NCBI GenBank assembly: GCA_002189035.1
Contig: NEEC01000007.1
Location: 682,001 to 746,000, forward strand
Length of the DNA: 64,000 nucleotides
Origin: Utricularia gibba
Lineage: Eukaryota; Plantae; Magnoliophyta
Direction: 5' to 3'
Under the pieces are notes generated by a model. It worked only from the letters and a program-made list of their open reading frames with translations, was not told the DNA's origin and ran no database searches. Below are positions 38,548 to 51,419 of the stretch, piece by piece. Both the position numbers and the translations under genes were made by a program. Every line of letters starts with the position of its first letter. The stretch's first letter is position 1.

Positions 38548-41302
38548 TAAGCTTTCTTTTTGTCCGAGAATTAAAACCCTAAAAAAACCCGTTTTCGTTT
38601 CGAATCGCTCCGATTTTGTTCCAAAATTGGTGTTCTTGTGGACAATAACAGATCATGTCTTATTTTTGGAATAAGATGTGTTGAAATTAAGGACTAAGTA
38701 GGTGGAATGAACATATATATGAAGTTCAAGTATACAATAAATTTACATTACATTAAAAAAAATTAGATTCAATCAATTACTCATGATTTATAATTTTTCA
38801 CATACGTGATTATTTCAATTTCAAATATCAATATGATATTATTTGACGTAATAAGATGATGAATCCAAAAAATAAAAGAGAAATTGAAAAAAATTTATAC
38901 ATTAAAATTAATTTTATTATCAAATATAAAAGGTTTTGATGTAAAAAATACAATATATTTAAGAAGCTTCAGACATCTATATTTCAATTTATCCAAAATA
39001 ATTCTCGAAAATAATTTTATAAAACTTGAATCAAGCGCAATATTAATAAACCATCTAAAAAATGAGCTTACCAAAACCCAATAAAAATGAAATTGGGCCT
39101 ATAAAATCACCAGAAAAACCCAATAATCAGCCCAAAACATGCAAAAGCAGCCCAATAAAATTACAATACAAATAATTTAAATATTAAAATCCGATACAAA
39201 GGAATCTATGTAACAAATATATTTCCATTTTATTTTAAACTATATAATTTCAATTTTAATAAGCTATGAAACGATTTGAGCCCCCGTCTTCAGTAATGGA
39301 ATCCTAAAATTGACTTCATTAAAAAGGTAGCATGAGGTGACGCATTTAATCAAATTTAGGAAAATAAATATACTCTATACTTTTTTCCATATAATAACTT
39401 TAAAAAGGGGAGAAAAAAAAGAAAAAGAAGGAATCATCTTTTAATCCGAGACAATGGACGGAACAGGATACCGTGGCCGTACAGAGAGTATGGTTCCCAT
39501 CACTTTTTATTATTTATTTCCGGAGAAAAGCTACTACTCCTAGGCAAATAAAATATACCCAATAATTTCATTATTATTTACCCATGGGGTGCGGAGTGAC
39601 GTCGTTTTGACAGGTATGTTGGTGCATGGGGCCCACCTCCACTCCCCCCACCCCCCAGCGCAATGAAAACGACACCGCATCGCCTGTTTTTACTTTTTGC
39701 TGCCTTCCGCACCACCACCTGCTCCCTAAAGGAAAAGGTAAAAAACATTAATTAATTAATTAGTTATTCGATGTCACCCGTCAATTAAATTAACCACCCG
39801 GTTTAGAAAACAACCCGAGCCGAACAGTTTTCCGGTTTGCCGGTCCAGGTCTAGATGCTATTGTGTATACATTATATTTAAATTAGGGTTCTTATGAATT
39901 ATATGATCACACGTGAATCTCAATTACATAATAAACGTAAATCATATTTACAAAAATCAGATCTAACTAATTTTATTTGTGGAGGCTATGTTGAGTGATG
40001 ACTTTAGAGGGAAAAAAATGAAATGTGAAAGCCAAGAAAAGTGGAAACACCCAACAAGTCACGTTGCTTCATTTTTTCCCTTTAATTCAATAAAGAAAAA
40101 GCTTTTGATTGAGTATTCAAAAATTTATTAATCATGACGATAACTTGTTCTTTTTCTTTATTCCACTTTTGGTCCCCCAAATTCAGAGTAATTGCAAATC
40201 TTGATCCCCCTTGGTCAACGCACATTCCGAAGACGCCGTAATTTTGAAATAGTAAAGAGTCGCGCCGACAAATTTTACCGCCTGTACACGTCATCATTTT
40301 GGGGGGTACGTAAAATACAAAATTCACTTTCTTTTTTTTTTTTTTTTACTTTCAGGACACGAAGGAAGTGCTGGAGTAGTAAATGTGTCCCAAAGGAGAC
40401 AATAATTCAACAACTACTGCAGCATCAACATTGAATTCCTTTTTGGTATTTATTTTTGTTCGGAAATATGTTAATCACAGTAGGGCCCACTACCGTGACA
40501 TGAAAAAAACACACACACAAACCACAATGGGTGTATCATTTTCTCGAATATTTAAATATTTAAAAAGATTTTCTGAATCCAAATGATAAATTACTCCGTA
40601 ATAAAAAATAAGGAAATTGTCCTATATTTGATGCAATAACATATAGTATGATTTAATGTGCATAAGGTATATTATGAAGAACATGTGTATGAAATAATCG
40701 TGATTCTCGATACATATGTATTTGATGACATAAGCATACCTATTATATAAGATATTGTTAGTTTACCCTTGCAATTACGTTATAATAATAAAATTGAAAA
40801 GGGTTTAATATGGGTTAAGATTCGGTGGGGATGAATGGGTCAAATTTAATCCCTTATTATTTTTATTTTTTAAAAAATAATAAATATCTGGGCTTCGGTT
40901 GGTTCAGACTTCAGAGTTCACACGCTAAGTCTATGGCTAATGAGCCTAATTAGGGGAATAATCAACCGGTGGAATAGGTTAGGATTTAGGGTGCGGATGA
41001 CCGGCTCGTGAAGTTGAAGAGGGAAAATTCACCGGCGTTTCGGGTAACTGTATCTCTTTGAATGGGAATAAATAAATATAAATAATAAGTTTGTCTGTGG
41101 CGACGTGGATATATTCATCTATCTCCATTTCAATGCGTCGCAACGAGCATGTTTTCGCCACCTTCTTTCTCACACCATCCTTCACTGCGAGAACCGAACC
41201 TGATCGGATCACAGAGTTGAGCGTACAAAAACACGCCATTCACGCTTTCTTTCTTGCATTTTTTGTTTGATTTGACCGGTCGGAGAATATCTGTTTTTGA
41301 TA

Positions 41303-42374
41303 ATGGCGTTTGAAGGTCGCTGCGTCGGTCAATTTCCGCCGCTGCTGCTCGGAAATAGGTAGAGTTGGTGATTTTTTTTTGTGGCGGTTTGTTATTGAGT
41401 TGTTGGGTGTTGGATTCATTTTTGCGGTTTTGTTGCAGAGATTTAATGGCGATGAACTATTTCGGAGATGGGTGTGGGGTGCAAATGGGGAACGGTGTAT
41501 TCGATCCGGTTTCAGGGACGTCGACGGCGACGGAAATGGGGGTCCCGTTGTGTGGCCGAGCCGTTTGTGATAGCTACGGGATGGGGGGTTTGAACGTGAA
41601 ATCAAACAGTTGTCTAACGTGCGCTGTTCCTGCTCTGAGGAAGCGTTCTAGGGTGGAGACGGTGGATCCGTCATTGGAAAGCGGCGGAGTGAGCAATGGC
41701 TCCCGCGGCGGAGTATTTTCACTTCTCGACAATGATTTCTCGGCTGCGATGCAGCAACAGCAGTTAGAGATCGATCGGTATATCGCCCTTCATGTAAGTT
41801 TTTTCTTAATGAACCGCCGAATCCGATTCCTGAATCTGACTGATTGACGGCTCTATCGGCTTTCATCGCAGACGGAGAAAGTGCGAGCTGAAGTTGAGTC
41901 ACACCGGAGGAAATTCTCACGGCGGATATCGCCGGCGGTAGAGGATAACATACTCAAGAAACTGAGAGCCAAAGACGAAGAAATCGAAAAGATCGGAAAA
42001 CTGAACTGGGCTTTAGAAGAAAGAGTGAAATCTCTGTCAGTTGAGAACCAAATTTGGAAGGATTTAGCTCAAACAAACGAAGCCACCGCCAACACCCTCC
42101 GCTGCAATCTGCAACAAGTTCTCTCTCAGGTTCAATACCCTGCTGCCGACGAGGAATCCAGCTGCAGCAGCTCCACCCCCGAGGCCCCCGTCCCCGCCCC
42201 GTATCGGATGCCAAACGCCTCTGTAGAAGTTGCCGTATAGAAGAATCCTCCGTACTCCTCCTCCCCTGCCGCCATCTCTGCCTGTGTACCTCCTGCGTTT
42301 CCTCTCTCCGTCACTGCCCCGTCTGCAACTCCGTCAAAACCGGCACCCTCCAAGTCAATCTCTCCGCGTTGTAG
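41303..42374 (+). CDS. BRG: BOI-related RING E3 ubiquitin ligase (SBP family), 3 exons
   Basis: Exon 1 FPPLLLGNR, SCLTC...RKRSR, QQQQLEIDRYIALH|TEKVR, KLNWALEERVKSL..ENQIW.DLAQTNEATAN.LR, RING CRSC...VLLLPCRHLCLC..C.....CPVC. One C is missing in the C runs at 42176-42200. Confidence 0.93.
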
Positions 42375-43216
42375 AAAAAAAATTGCAACAAATGGAAATA
42401 AAATATAATTAGGTACCTAATCCGTATGTCGCATTACCGTTTTGTCCCCCTTGATGAACATTACTTCAATGATTTTTGTCCATATAAGGCATGCTTATCT
42501 AAAATTAAATAATTTAACCATATATTATTAATTAAATTATCATAACTTAATATGCTGTTATACAGACAAGTTGGAAATGGGCGATGACGGTTTAAATTGA
42601 TGGTGGGAACAAACTGTGTAGTTGATTCATGGAAGTCGTACTTTAGGGCATGAATCGAGAGCGACACGTCGAGTGTAAATCCGACACGTCGGACGCGCGC
42701 GCGCAAATGTCGCTGTTGGAGGACGCCGACGTGTTCACACACAGAAGGAAGGAAGCAAGGGCGGGAGAGGCGTTACTTTTGTGGTGTACTGCAACTGTCC
42801 AAAGCTGCACCGCAGAGAAACATACAACATGGGGCCCACGTCTAAAATAATTATGTTTAATAATATTGGAGAGTTAGACCGGACCGGAGCGCCTTTTACG
42901 TGGGGCGCACGACGCGCTCCGTTTTCTTAATCTGAACCGACTCCCTCCCTCCCCGTCCCCGCCACGTGATAGAAAAAACGACCGATAATGTTTTAATGAT
43001 CCAGTGCGAGGCGTGCACGACACCAGCGGTGGGGTGGATTGATGGAGCGGGAATTCCACCATGAGGTAAATGGGGGATTATCAGCACGTGACGGATTGGG
43101 CGCACTCACATCAGCGGCTCCATCGCGTGGTCAATTATTGAATTTTCAGTCAAATTTGGGGAATAAATTCAATTCCATGGAAAATAATGCACAATTATCA
43201 CTTAAAATGAATTAAT

Positions 43217-43241
43217 CCTTCCTTCCTTCCTTCCTTCCTTC
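43217..43241. repeat. (CCTT)n microsatellite
   Basis: About six CCTT units are seen directly. Confidence 0.8.
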
Positions 43242-44769
43242 AAACTCAGAGTGGGTATTCATAATTGTGAAAAGGATGTGGAATTTAGTATTCATTTGCA
43301 TGAAATTCCACCATCGTTCATTTATGAGTAGCCGTTTCAGTTGTAAAGGCATGATGTGCTCGGGAGTAAAGACAGCGTGTTCCGCATTTACATTTGGAAG
43401 GTGTGGTCACGAGTCGCATAATGAGACAGACAGACAGACAGTCCGGACCGGGTCGGCCCGGACCGGACCGGACCGAGGCCACCCCTCCTACCTGCTTTAA
43501 TGATCCAGGGACGGGACTCGCAGTCACTGCTCCAATGCCCTCTGCATCTCAGTCATTATTACTACACATGCCTCCTTGACCACCAGGCATCATCCATTCA
43601 TTCAAAACCAGATGGTTTTTTTTTTCTTTCAAATATTAAATAAAAAATACACATCTCACTTTAATTTTCTAAATATTTTTTTTGAAAAAAGTCTATAAAC
43701 GTGGGCCCCCTTGTAATAATCGATTCCTTTTCTCATCCTGGAAGCGCTGGGTCCCACAGGATCAGGACTATCTGTCGTTTTACGACCGGCATCCTTTACA
43801 CCCAGCGCACGTGACGTTGAACAGGCAGACCAACTTTTTTTTTTTTTCCTTCCACCTAAAGTAAAACTTTAAACCTGGCTGGAATTACCTATTTTTTTCC
43901 CCCATCAATAAAATACTAAAAATAAAAAAAGTATTTTGCATCATGCCTTATTTTAGCCTGTTCTAGTAATTATTATTGTTATTATCATTATTATATTTCT
44001 AGTCAAATCAAATCTGAATAATAATAGACTTTTTTTGCATATGATGTGCATGTGATCATGATAATAATGTCTTTGTTTATTTTCCATTATTAGGCCAACA
44101 ATAATATTGGCGCCTAGTTCGTGACGGTTCTTGAACTGCTTTAATTGTTGCCACTCTTTCAGATTTACACACTTTTCGGTATTGAAGGTTTGTCCTTGAG
44201 GGCATTTTGGGGCACATCTAGTGGGTGTTACGGAATTTATGGATTTTTAATTTTGTTATTCTTTAATATTAAACGGCTAATAACGAGTTTTTGGAAAATT
44301 TGGTAAAATGATGCAGCAGCGCATCTAATAAACCAAGAATTTGATAATCAAAATGATGCAGCACGGGAAAATGGTATTTAATAGTAACGTTTTAATGTTG
44401 TTATGATGATTTGAAATGTCGTTTTTACCCCTCACATAACTACTCATGCGTGGGTCCAGTAAACGGACATGATTTTTGTAGCATGAGAGAATTGTACGTG
44501 GACCAATTGAATCATATGCTTAGATTAGAATACATGTAATTTAAAATTGAACCAATTGAAAACATGATGTGACGTGCCTGGTAAGACGTGGGCCCCACTA
44601 TCATACATCCCCCGCGTTGAATCGTGGTTAAAATTTTAATTTGTCACATTTTTTATAATTATCCATTAATGCTGTTCCCTAAGTTTGTCGTTATGGGCGT
44701 TCCCTTGGACTGAAATGAGATGCGTGGAAGTTGGGCCAGGCTCTGTTTGCAAATATATTGGGCTTGGGA

Positions 44770-45743
44770 TGGCCCATTATGGTGTACCATTTCCCACCGG
44801 GTTGCTCCATTTACAGCTGCTACGCCTTTTTCCGGCGGGGATATGGTGTTTTCTGCCGGGAAGATGGCTGATCAAAGGTCCTCTTCGCAGCCTTCGTTTC
44901 ATCCAGTAGCTTCTGGAAAGGTATGCATTTTTTTATCCTCTCGGGGTGGGCTTTCCTTCTTATTTTGATCTGGAATACTTTTTTTCCCAGTTCTTAGCCA
45001 TTAGTTTAACCATGAATGTGGAGTGCTTACATGGTAGCAAGTGCGTTAGTTCAAGGTGATTAAAGGAACATGCCCTGTACTTGGGAAGAATGTGAATGGA
45101 CCCTGATGAAGTGTTTGATGAATTGCTCAAGAAGCATGGGAAGGTAGGAACAAAATGGGGCTTCTGTCTCTGAGGTTGATGATGATGCCGAAACCTTATC
45201 CTGTGAGCTTCTCATTGCACACCTTGACCTGGCAGATTTTCATGTAAGAAGATCTTACATTACTAACTATAATGTTTATGATTTGAGTTTTTGTATTTCC
45301 AGTAGCATTTTGATTGAATCAAAGATCATAGAGATCCATGTGGTCTCCTTTGTGTTCGAAATTTTCTTCTAGGATAAGAATGCATGAAACAAGAACAACG
45401 TGCTATATGTTTTCTGTTTTTGTCAACCTCGAACCAAAAATCACTTTTTTTCTTGGTTCTACTGATGTCTGGGCTGCAGACATAGGGGTTCTCTTTTTGA
45501 AGCATATGGTTTACTGGGATCGCCCCTTCATCATCGCTACTGCTTTTTCTCGACTCAAACCCATGCAATTGGGCAAGCAACTTGTGTGATCATCCAATTT
45601 CTAGAATTGGTATCAACTCACTGGGTAATCAGCCTTTTTTCTATGTTTTGGTTTCAGGTCAAGAATCAGAGACTTGGCTGAAACTGAGTATTCAAGTACA
45701 GCAAAAGGGGATACTGAACCCAATACTTGCAATGAAAATGCTC
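44770..45743 (+). pseudogene. IJ: Pseudogene of chloroplast Iojap/RsfS (ribosome silencing factor)
   Basis: Remnant exons ...PVASGK|, DPDEVFDELLKKHGK, SEVDDDAETLS|, DVWAADIGVLFLKHMVYWDRPFIIATAFSR, |SRIRDLAETEYSSTAKGDTEPN match plant Iojap motifs (EVDDDAESL, DIKVLFVKPLVYWTRFFIIATAFSRPQI, SRMRDLAEK). There are several non-homopolymer frameshifts, stops and deleted exon starts, and no last exon. Confidence 0.85.
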
Positions 45744-46006
45744 AATCGTCAAGTTCAAAAACCGCAGCACTTGCAATGAAAATGCTCTTCTTCGAGCAAC
45801 CCAAGCCATCATTGGTTGTGTTTCTTTCGCTACCATTCTTACATTCTTTGGTGTTTTTTTTTTTATGAATGTTCAGTAAGCAAAACCTCGTCCGTACAAT
45901 GGAACAAGAAAGATGAAACAAAACACAGCTGAACTCCGACTTCATGAAAGAAAAGAAGAAATGCAAGACGGCATCTTACTTCACCAAAGCCACATTCCCA
46001 TGTTGC

Positions 46007-46327
46007 TTACTTGGATCTCTGCCTCATCTTTCTTCTCTTTCTCTTCAATCGCCTCATACGCTTCTTCTTCCACTGGGAAAAGAAAAAAAAATGTAATTTT
46101 AGATTGTTGATCAGCGGACAACATCAAGAAGAAGATGAAAAAAGTCTAGTGACTGGAAGACTAGAAAATAAGAATCCTAACCGGGGAAACATGAAAGCAG
46201 CTTACAAAGTAATCAAAACAATGGATTAACAGAATATTGAGCAATATCTGTCGGTGCAACCAGACACAGGAATCAAATCAGACGCGGCAATTCATACAAA
46301 GGACGAAGGCTTTACCTTTGCCCTCAT
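46007..46327 (-). CDS. RPL41: 60S ribosomal protein L41 (eL41), 25 aa, 2 exons
   Basis: Exon 46327-46316 (MRAK) plus exon 46072-46007 (WKKKRMRRLKRKRRKMRQRSK*) with a GT-AG intron. This is the conserved plant L41 sequence. Confidence 0.97.
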
Positions 46328-46696
46328 GCTCGCTAAGAAACTTTTACTCCCAGAGCTTCTTCTTCAAAGCAGCGTCAGGATTCGTATTGCGATTTGGCTT
46401 TAAATCCCTGCGAAACCCTAATCTGAAGAAGACGATGGCCCATAAAGCATTTCGGCAACCAGCCCACCTTTTAGTGACCTGATTCAAATTGGGTTTTGTC
46501 CTTATTGCACAAATATGGCCCAATAAAAGCCCAGTAGTAACGGGTCCGTGTTGGCTGGCCTATCAGACTTCGGAAGTTGAACGAATCATGCCTTTCTTTA
46601 ACTTGCTCTCTTGCAGGCAGCTTCATGTTCGTAGACTGAAGTTTTGTTCTGCTTCGTGTTCCAGAAAGTGTTCATTTTTGCCAAGAAACAAAGAAC
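46328..46696. promoter_or_regulatory. Shared divergent promoter of RPL41 and RECA1
   Basis: 369 bp between the start codons. Telo-box AAACCCTAA at 46413-46421 and site II elements at 46461, 46517 and 46528. Confidence 0.7.
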
Positions 46697-49457
46697 ATGG
46701 ATATGATGTTCCCACTAAAGAGTGCATTCTGCTCGAAACCCAGCATTTCGTCTACATTCCCGAGTACTTTTGCGCCGGTAAGTTTGTTTCAGGTATCTTG
46801 TCCGGCCCGGGTGAAGAGTACAATAAGTGGGGTTCGAGCAGAATTCGACGGTAAAGTTTTTGACGGCGCTCTCTCGGCTGATTTTGACCCTCGTTTCCAT
46901 GACCGGGTTAGCATGCACAGCTGATAGCTTACATATTTTGATATGTGTTTGATTTCTTGATAGGGTATTTGAAGTTCATAAAGTTGTTCCCCTTAGTAAT
47001 GGTTTTGGATATTGGGGATTGAGTGCGGAAGGCCCTATATGTGTATCCGAATATTTGAAAGGCGTACGTGAACTATGTTGGAAGCATATGTGTAATTTTA
47101 ATGCTATGTTGTGTGCATCGTACAGCAAAAAGCGCTTGAGGCTGCCATGAATGATATTAATAGCTCGTTTGGGAAGGGAAGTGTTACAAGATTGGGGAGT
47201 GCTGGGAGAGCTTTGGTGTAAGTTTATTTTCGCGCCTTGTAGTTGATTGTGCTGAGTCTCTTTATTGACTGTCTCCGCTCTAGAGTTTTGCATGTGCACA
47301 GAAAAATCCAATTGTATTTTGGGGCATTTGAGTTGTCATTAGACACTAAACACTCGTTTTGTTTTTGTAGTGAAACATTTCCCAGTGGTTGTTTGGCATT
47401 GGACTTTGCATTATGTGGTGGTCTTCCTAGAGGAAGAATTGTAGAGGTCTGAGATCTATTAATTTACTTGTCTCTCTTAGACGTAGTGAGTTATATTGAA
47501 ACATTAGATCATCTGTCTACGGTAGACAGAATTTGTAGATGGTTTATAGCAATTAATCTTTTTTCCAAAAACAAGACCCTGTGTTGATATTTCATGGATT
47601 ATGAAGTAAATCCAACTGATAATGACAGTGTTTTTCCATTAGATATATGGCCCAGAAAGCAGTGGCAAGACCACCTTAGCACTCCATGCAATTGCAGAAG
47701 TGCAGGTCTAGTACGTGCTTTGTCGTATACACGGGTTGTTTAGCAGCAGTGGGAAGGCTTTCTTCACAACAACCTGAATCTGTTATTTTATGAACAGAGA
47801 CTTGGAGGAAACGCCATGCTTGTTGATGCAGAACATGCTTTTGATCCATCATACTCAAAAGCTCTTGGAGTTGATATAGAAAATTTGATTGTTTGCCAAC
47901 CTGATAATGGGGAGATGGCTCTTGAGAGTATGTGTCCATTCCATGTCCTTACCTGACACCTTACCTCAGCCTCCTAGGTTATAGCTGTGTTGAAATTAAA
48001 TTTTTGCAACTGTTAACTGTGACAGTCGCTGATAGAATGTGTAGATCTGGTGCTATCGATCTCATTTGTATTGATTCTGTGTCTGCACTTACTCCACGTG
48101 CTGAAATTGAGGTAAGTTGCAGAACTTACATAGCGCATTCCTAGAGCAGGTAATCTTTATCTTTTGTGCATATACTTGCATAGGGTGAGATTGGGATGCA
48201 ACAAATGGGTTTGCAAGCACGCCTAATGAGCCAAGCATTGCGCAAAATGTCTGGAAATGCTTCGAAGGCTAGCTGCACTCTAATATTTTTGAATCAAATT
48301 AGATACAAGGTATTTCTTTCAACTTCCAAGCTAAATATCTGTGCAAAGATTTACAAGGCCTTTTTTAAGTTTTTTTTGTCCATTAACATCTTTTTTTTTT
48401 TTTCAGATAGGTGTATATTATGGAAATCCAGAAGTAACAAGTGGTGGGATTGCCTTAAAGTTCTTTGCATCTGTTCGACTTGAGATACGCCCAATAGGGA
48501 AGATAAAATCCGTAAGCAGGATCAATCTGGTTATCTAATTTTTATTTTCTAAATCTAGAGGCATTTGTGTGGAATATGGCAATCCTGTGTCTTTTTAAGG
48601 TTAAAGGAGATGAAGATATTGGACTTAAGGTTCGTGTAAGAGTTCAAAAGAGTAAGGTAAAAAATATCATTCTATGAACATGGTCTACAAATTCAAAAAG
48701 GATCATTGACAGTTTCCACTTTTCTTTGTGATATGCTCTTAGTTGAAAGCTTGGTGTGCCTATGGGTTCTGTTTTAGCAGCATACATGTAGCCACAAGTG
48801 ATTCATTGACAGTTTCCACTATACTTTGTGAAAGCTGATTTTCGACTTACCATTATCCTGGCACTGATTAGTAGGTTAATGACAGGTTTCAAGGCCATAT
48901 AAACAAGCTGAGTTTGAAATCATATTTGGTGAGGGAGTAAGCAACCTCGTAAGTGAAACTTTGGTCTCATTACTTTCATTGTTGTGATAGATTTATTGTA
49001 TTTCCAGAATCCAAACTCCCCGTCTTGATATCGGCTTCACTTGCAGGGCTGTGTGCTGGATTGTGCAGAAATGGTTGATGTTATCCTAAAGAAGGGCTCA
49101 TGGTATAGCTACGGAGAGCAAAGGTGAACTTTTTGCTTAAAAACAAAATGAAAACTTAAGCTCCAGAGAACTACCCTCTTTAACTTGAGGATAAAATGTA
49201 GACTGGGTCAAGGAAGAGACAGAGCCTTGCAATACCTCAAAGATAATCCACTTCTGTCACAAGAAATCGAGAAGGTAAAACACTTAGTGTCTGATTTGCA
49301 ACTTGTTGTGGCTGGCTACCTCATTTGCTAAGTTGTGGTGCAGAAAGTTCGTGGTGTCATCGCTGAAGGCAGCGGGCAGATGACTTCTTTTGCTCCCAAG
49401 TCTCTGCTTCCAGTATTCAGTGATGAAGAAGAAGATGCATACAATGAGTTGCAATGA
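46697..49457 (+). CDS. RECA1: Plastid-targeted RecA recombinase, 13 exons
   Basis: Transit-peptide-like N-terminus, then [72 protein letters not shown] and KGSWYSY. All exons are in frame. Confidence 0.96.
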
Positions 49458-49592
49458 TCTCGAACATGATTTGGATTTGGAATCCCGTGCAAAATGCTAA
49501 TGACAAGTATTGGGAGTCCATCCAGTTACACTTTTTTGAGGAAGATGAGGTTCTTTTGCTTTCAGGTATCTATATAATCATGAACTTGCCCA

Positions 49593-51419
49593 TCAGAATA
49601 TAGGGGAATCAAACAGAAAGGGCATGCCCTTTTGCTGCAGCCTCTCACAATCTTCTTGGCTTGCTTTGGGATCGGTCGGATCAAAAAAACTGCCATCATC
49701 ATCAATCGCTAGGCCTTGCTTGAGACGTCCCAGTTTCCTTGAAAATTCGACCTGCTTCGACACCACTGGGAGACGAGTACGCTGATATTCTTCAAGTGCT
49801 GAGCTTAGATCATCAGCACCCCATTTCTCAAGGCATTTCCCCAGAACAGCAGCATCCAAAATTGACATGTTTGTACTTCTCAAACCATGGGGAGTAGTTG
49901 GGTGGGCTGCATCACCAACCAAAGCAACCTTGTCCCACACGATCTGGCTGAGAGGCTCCATGTCATATATAACATTCAAGAATGGATCCTTGGTTTCTCG
50001 TATAACTTTCACCAGCTCAGGAACCCAAAACTTGTCTGCTGCTTGGTGCATTTCTGAGATCAAATCAGAGCTCACTTTCATTGTCACGGAAGTTCCCTGG
50101 TAAAAAACGAGGATCGATGTGTCCGAATGCCACAGTTTTCATTTGTAGAAAGCTAGCAAACTGGAGAAATGAGAGGAAAAAGCATACCTGAAGCTGCGGT
50201 TCTAGTTGGTTTATATACCAAATCCAGTTGATCCTCTTGTTAAGCAACTCATAAAAGACCGAGTGCGTCTGTGTTGCCAAGTCAAAATATAAGCACTTTC
50301 CAAGATCGGGGTAAACTTTCTTTAGTTCCACAAAGATTTCCTCGTTGTCTGAAAAATCAAAGACCCCTCTCCAGGCACAGTATCCAGAATACCTAAACAA
50401 CAGATGTGCATTTTATTCTAAGTGCACATAACTGAGTGGAAGCAGAAATGTCACACTTATCTCACAAACCTTAGTTTAAGGTCGGGGTAAAAGCACCGTC
50501 GAATCGAAGAGAGGCAACCATCAGCTGCAATAAGCAAATCGCCAGCAACTTCATAAACACAGCCAGTCTGCAGTGTTTTTGCCTTCACTCTAACACAAGA
50601 TTTGTCATCAGAGACGCAAAAGGATAGGAATACATTCCCCCACTGAACAGTCTCCGTGGGCAGTGCGGTATACAAAAGTCTGTGCAGATCAGACCAATAT
50701 GCTGCTTTGAAATTGAAATTTTCATCCCTTGTGAGAATCCTGACCCTCTTCTTCTCTGCATCAGTGGCTCCGTTCTGTAGGTCCAAAAAAACACGAAACA
50801 TGACTAAAGAATCATACTAATCGTCAATAACCTTCAACAAACCGTTTACTTTAGCAGCTTAATTAGAAGGGGGCATCAAAGAATCATATTGCTCCTCAAA
50901 TAACCTTCAGAAAGTGGACTTCTTTAGCAGTTAAACAGAGAACCAAAGAATCATACTAAGCCTCAAGCAACCTCCAACGAACAGGATACTTCTCGTATAA
51001 GAGAGGATAACAAGAAATCACATTACTTCAACAGATCAATTCTTTTCGCAGTTGGACAAAAGGGACTAGCAGAAACAGACCCTCAAATGACGCTGTTTCT
51101 TTATCAGGAGGGAATCAAAGAATCATGTTCAATTTCGACAAGATGATTTCTTTAATTGTGTGAGGCAGGGTACCTGATCGATGGTTAGTGGCAAAGTACA
51201 CAGCTCAAGGTCCCGTGATTGTTTCAGCCACGACGGTATAATCTTCTGAGCAAGAGGGTCGAGTCCGAGTCCTGCACCTGTGGCGCAGCTGTTGGAAGGG
51301 AAAGCTGTTTTTTCTAAAACCACCACTTCCCAGCCCGCAGCGAGGAGTGCATGGGCGCAGGAAAAACCAGCTATGCTGCCGCCGACGACCACCGCTTTCC
51401 CCGTACGCGCTGCTCCCAT
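49593..51419 (-). CDS. FAD-dependent monooxygenase (aromatic-ring hydroxylase family), 4 exons
   Basis: Rossmann motif VVVGGSIAG, DLLIAADG, YSGYCAWRG and LVGDAAHPTTPHGLRSTN. Confidence 0.92.

Noticed and set aside
40975-40992. TTAGGATTTAGGG as an interstitial telomere
   Set aside because: Only two degenerate units, compatible with a telo-box or chance.
2361-51419. Bacterial-looking genes (PurN, RlmI-like, RecA, FAD monooxygenase) as recent horizontal transfer or contamination
   Set aside because: All have multiple spliceosomal introns, several have transit-peptide-like extensions, and they belong to families known from plant nuclear genomes.
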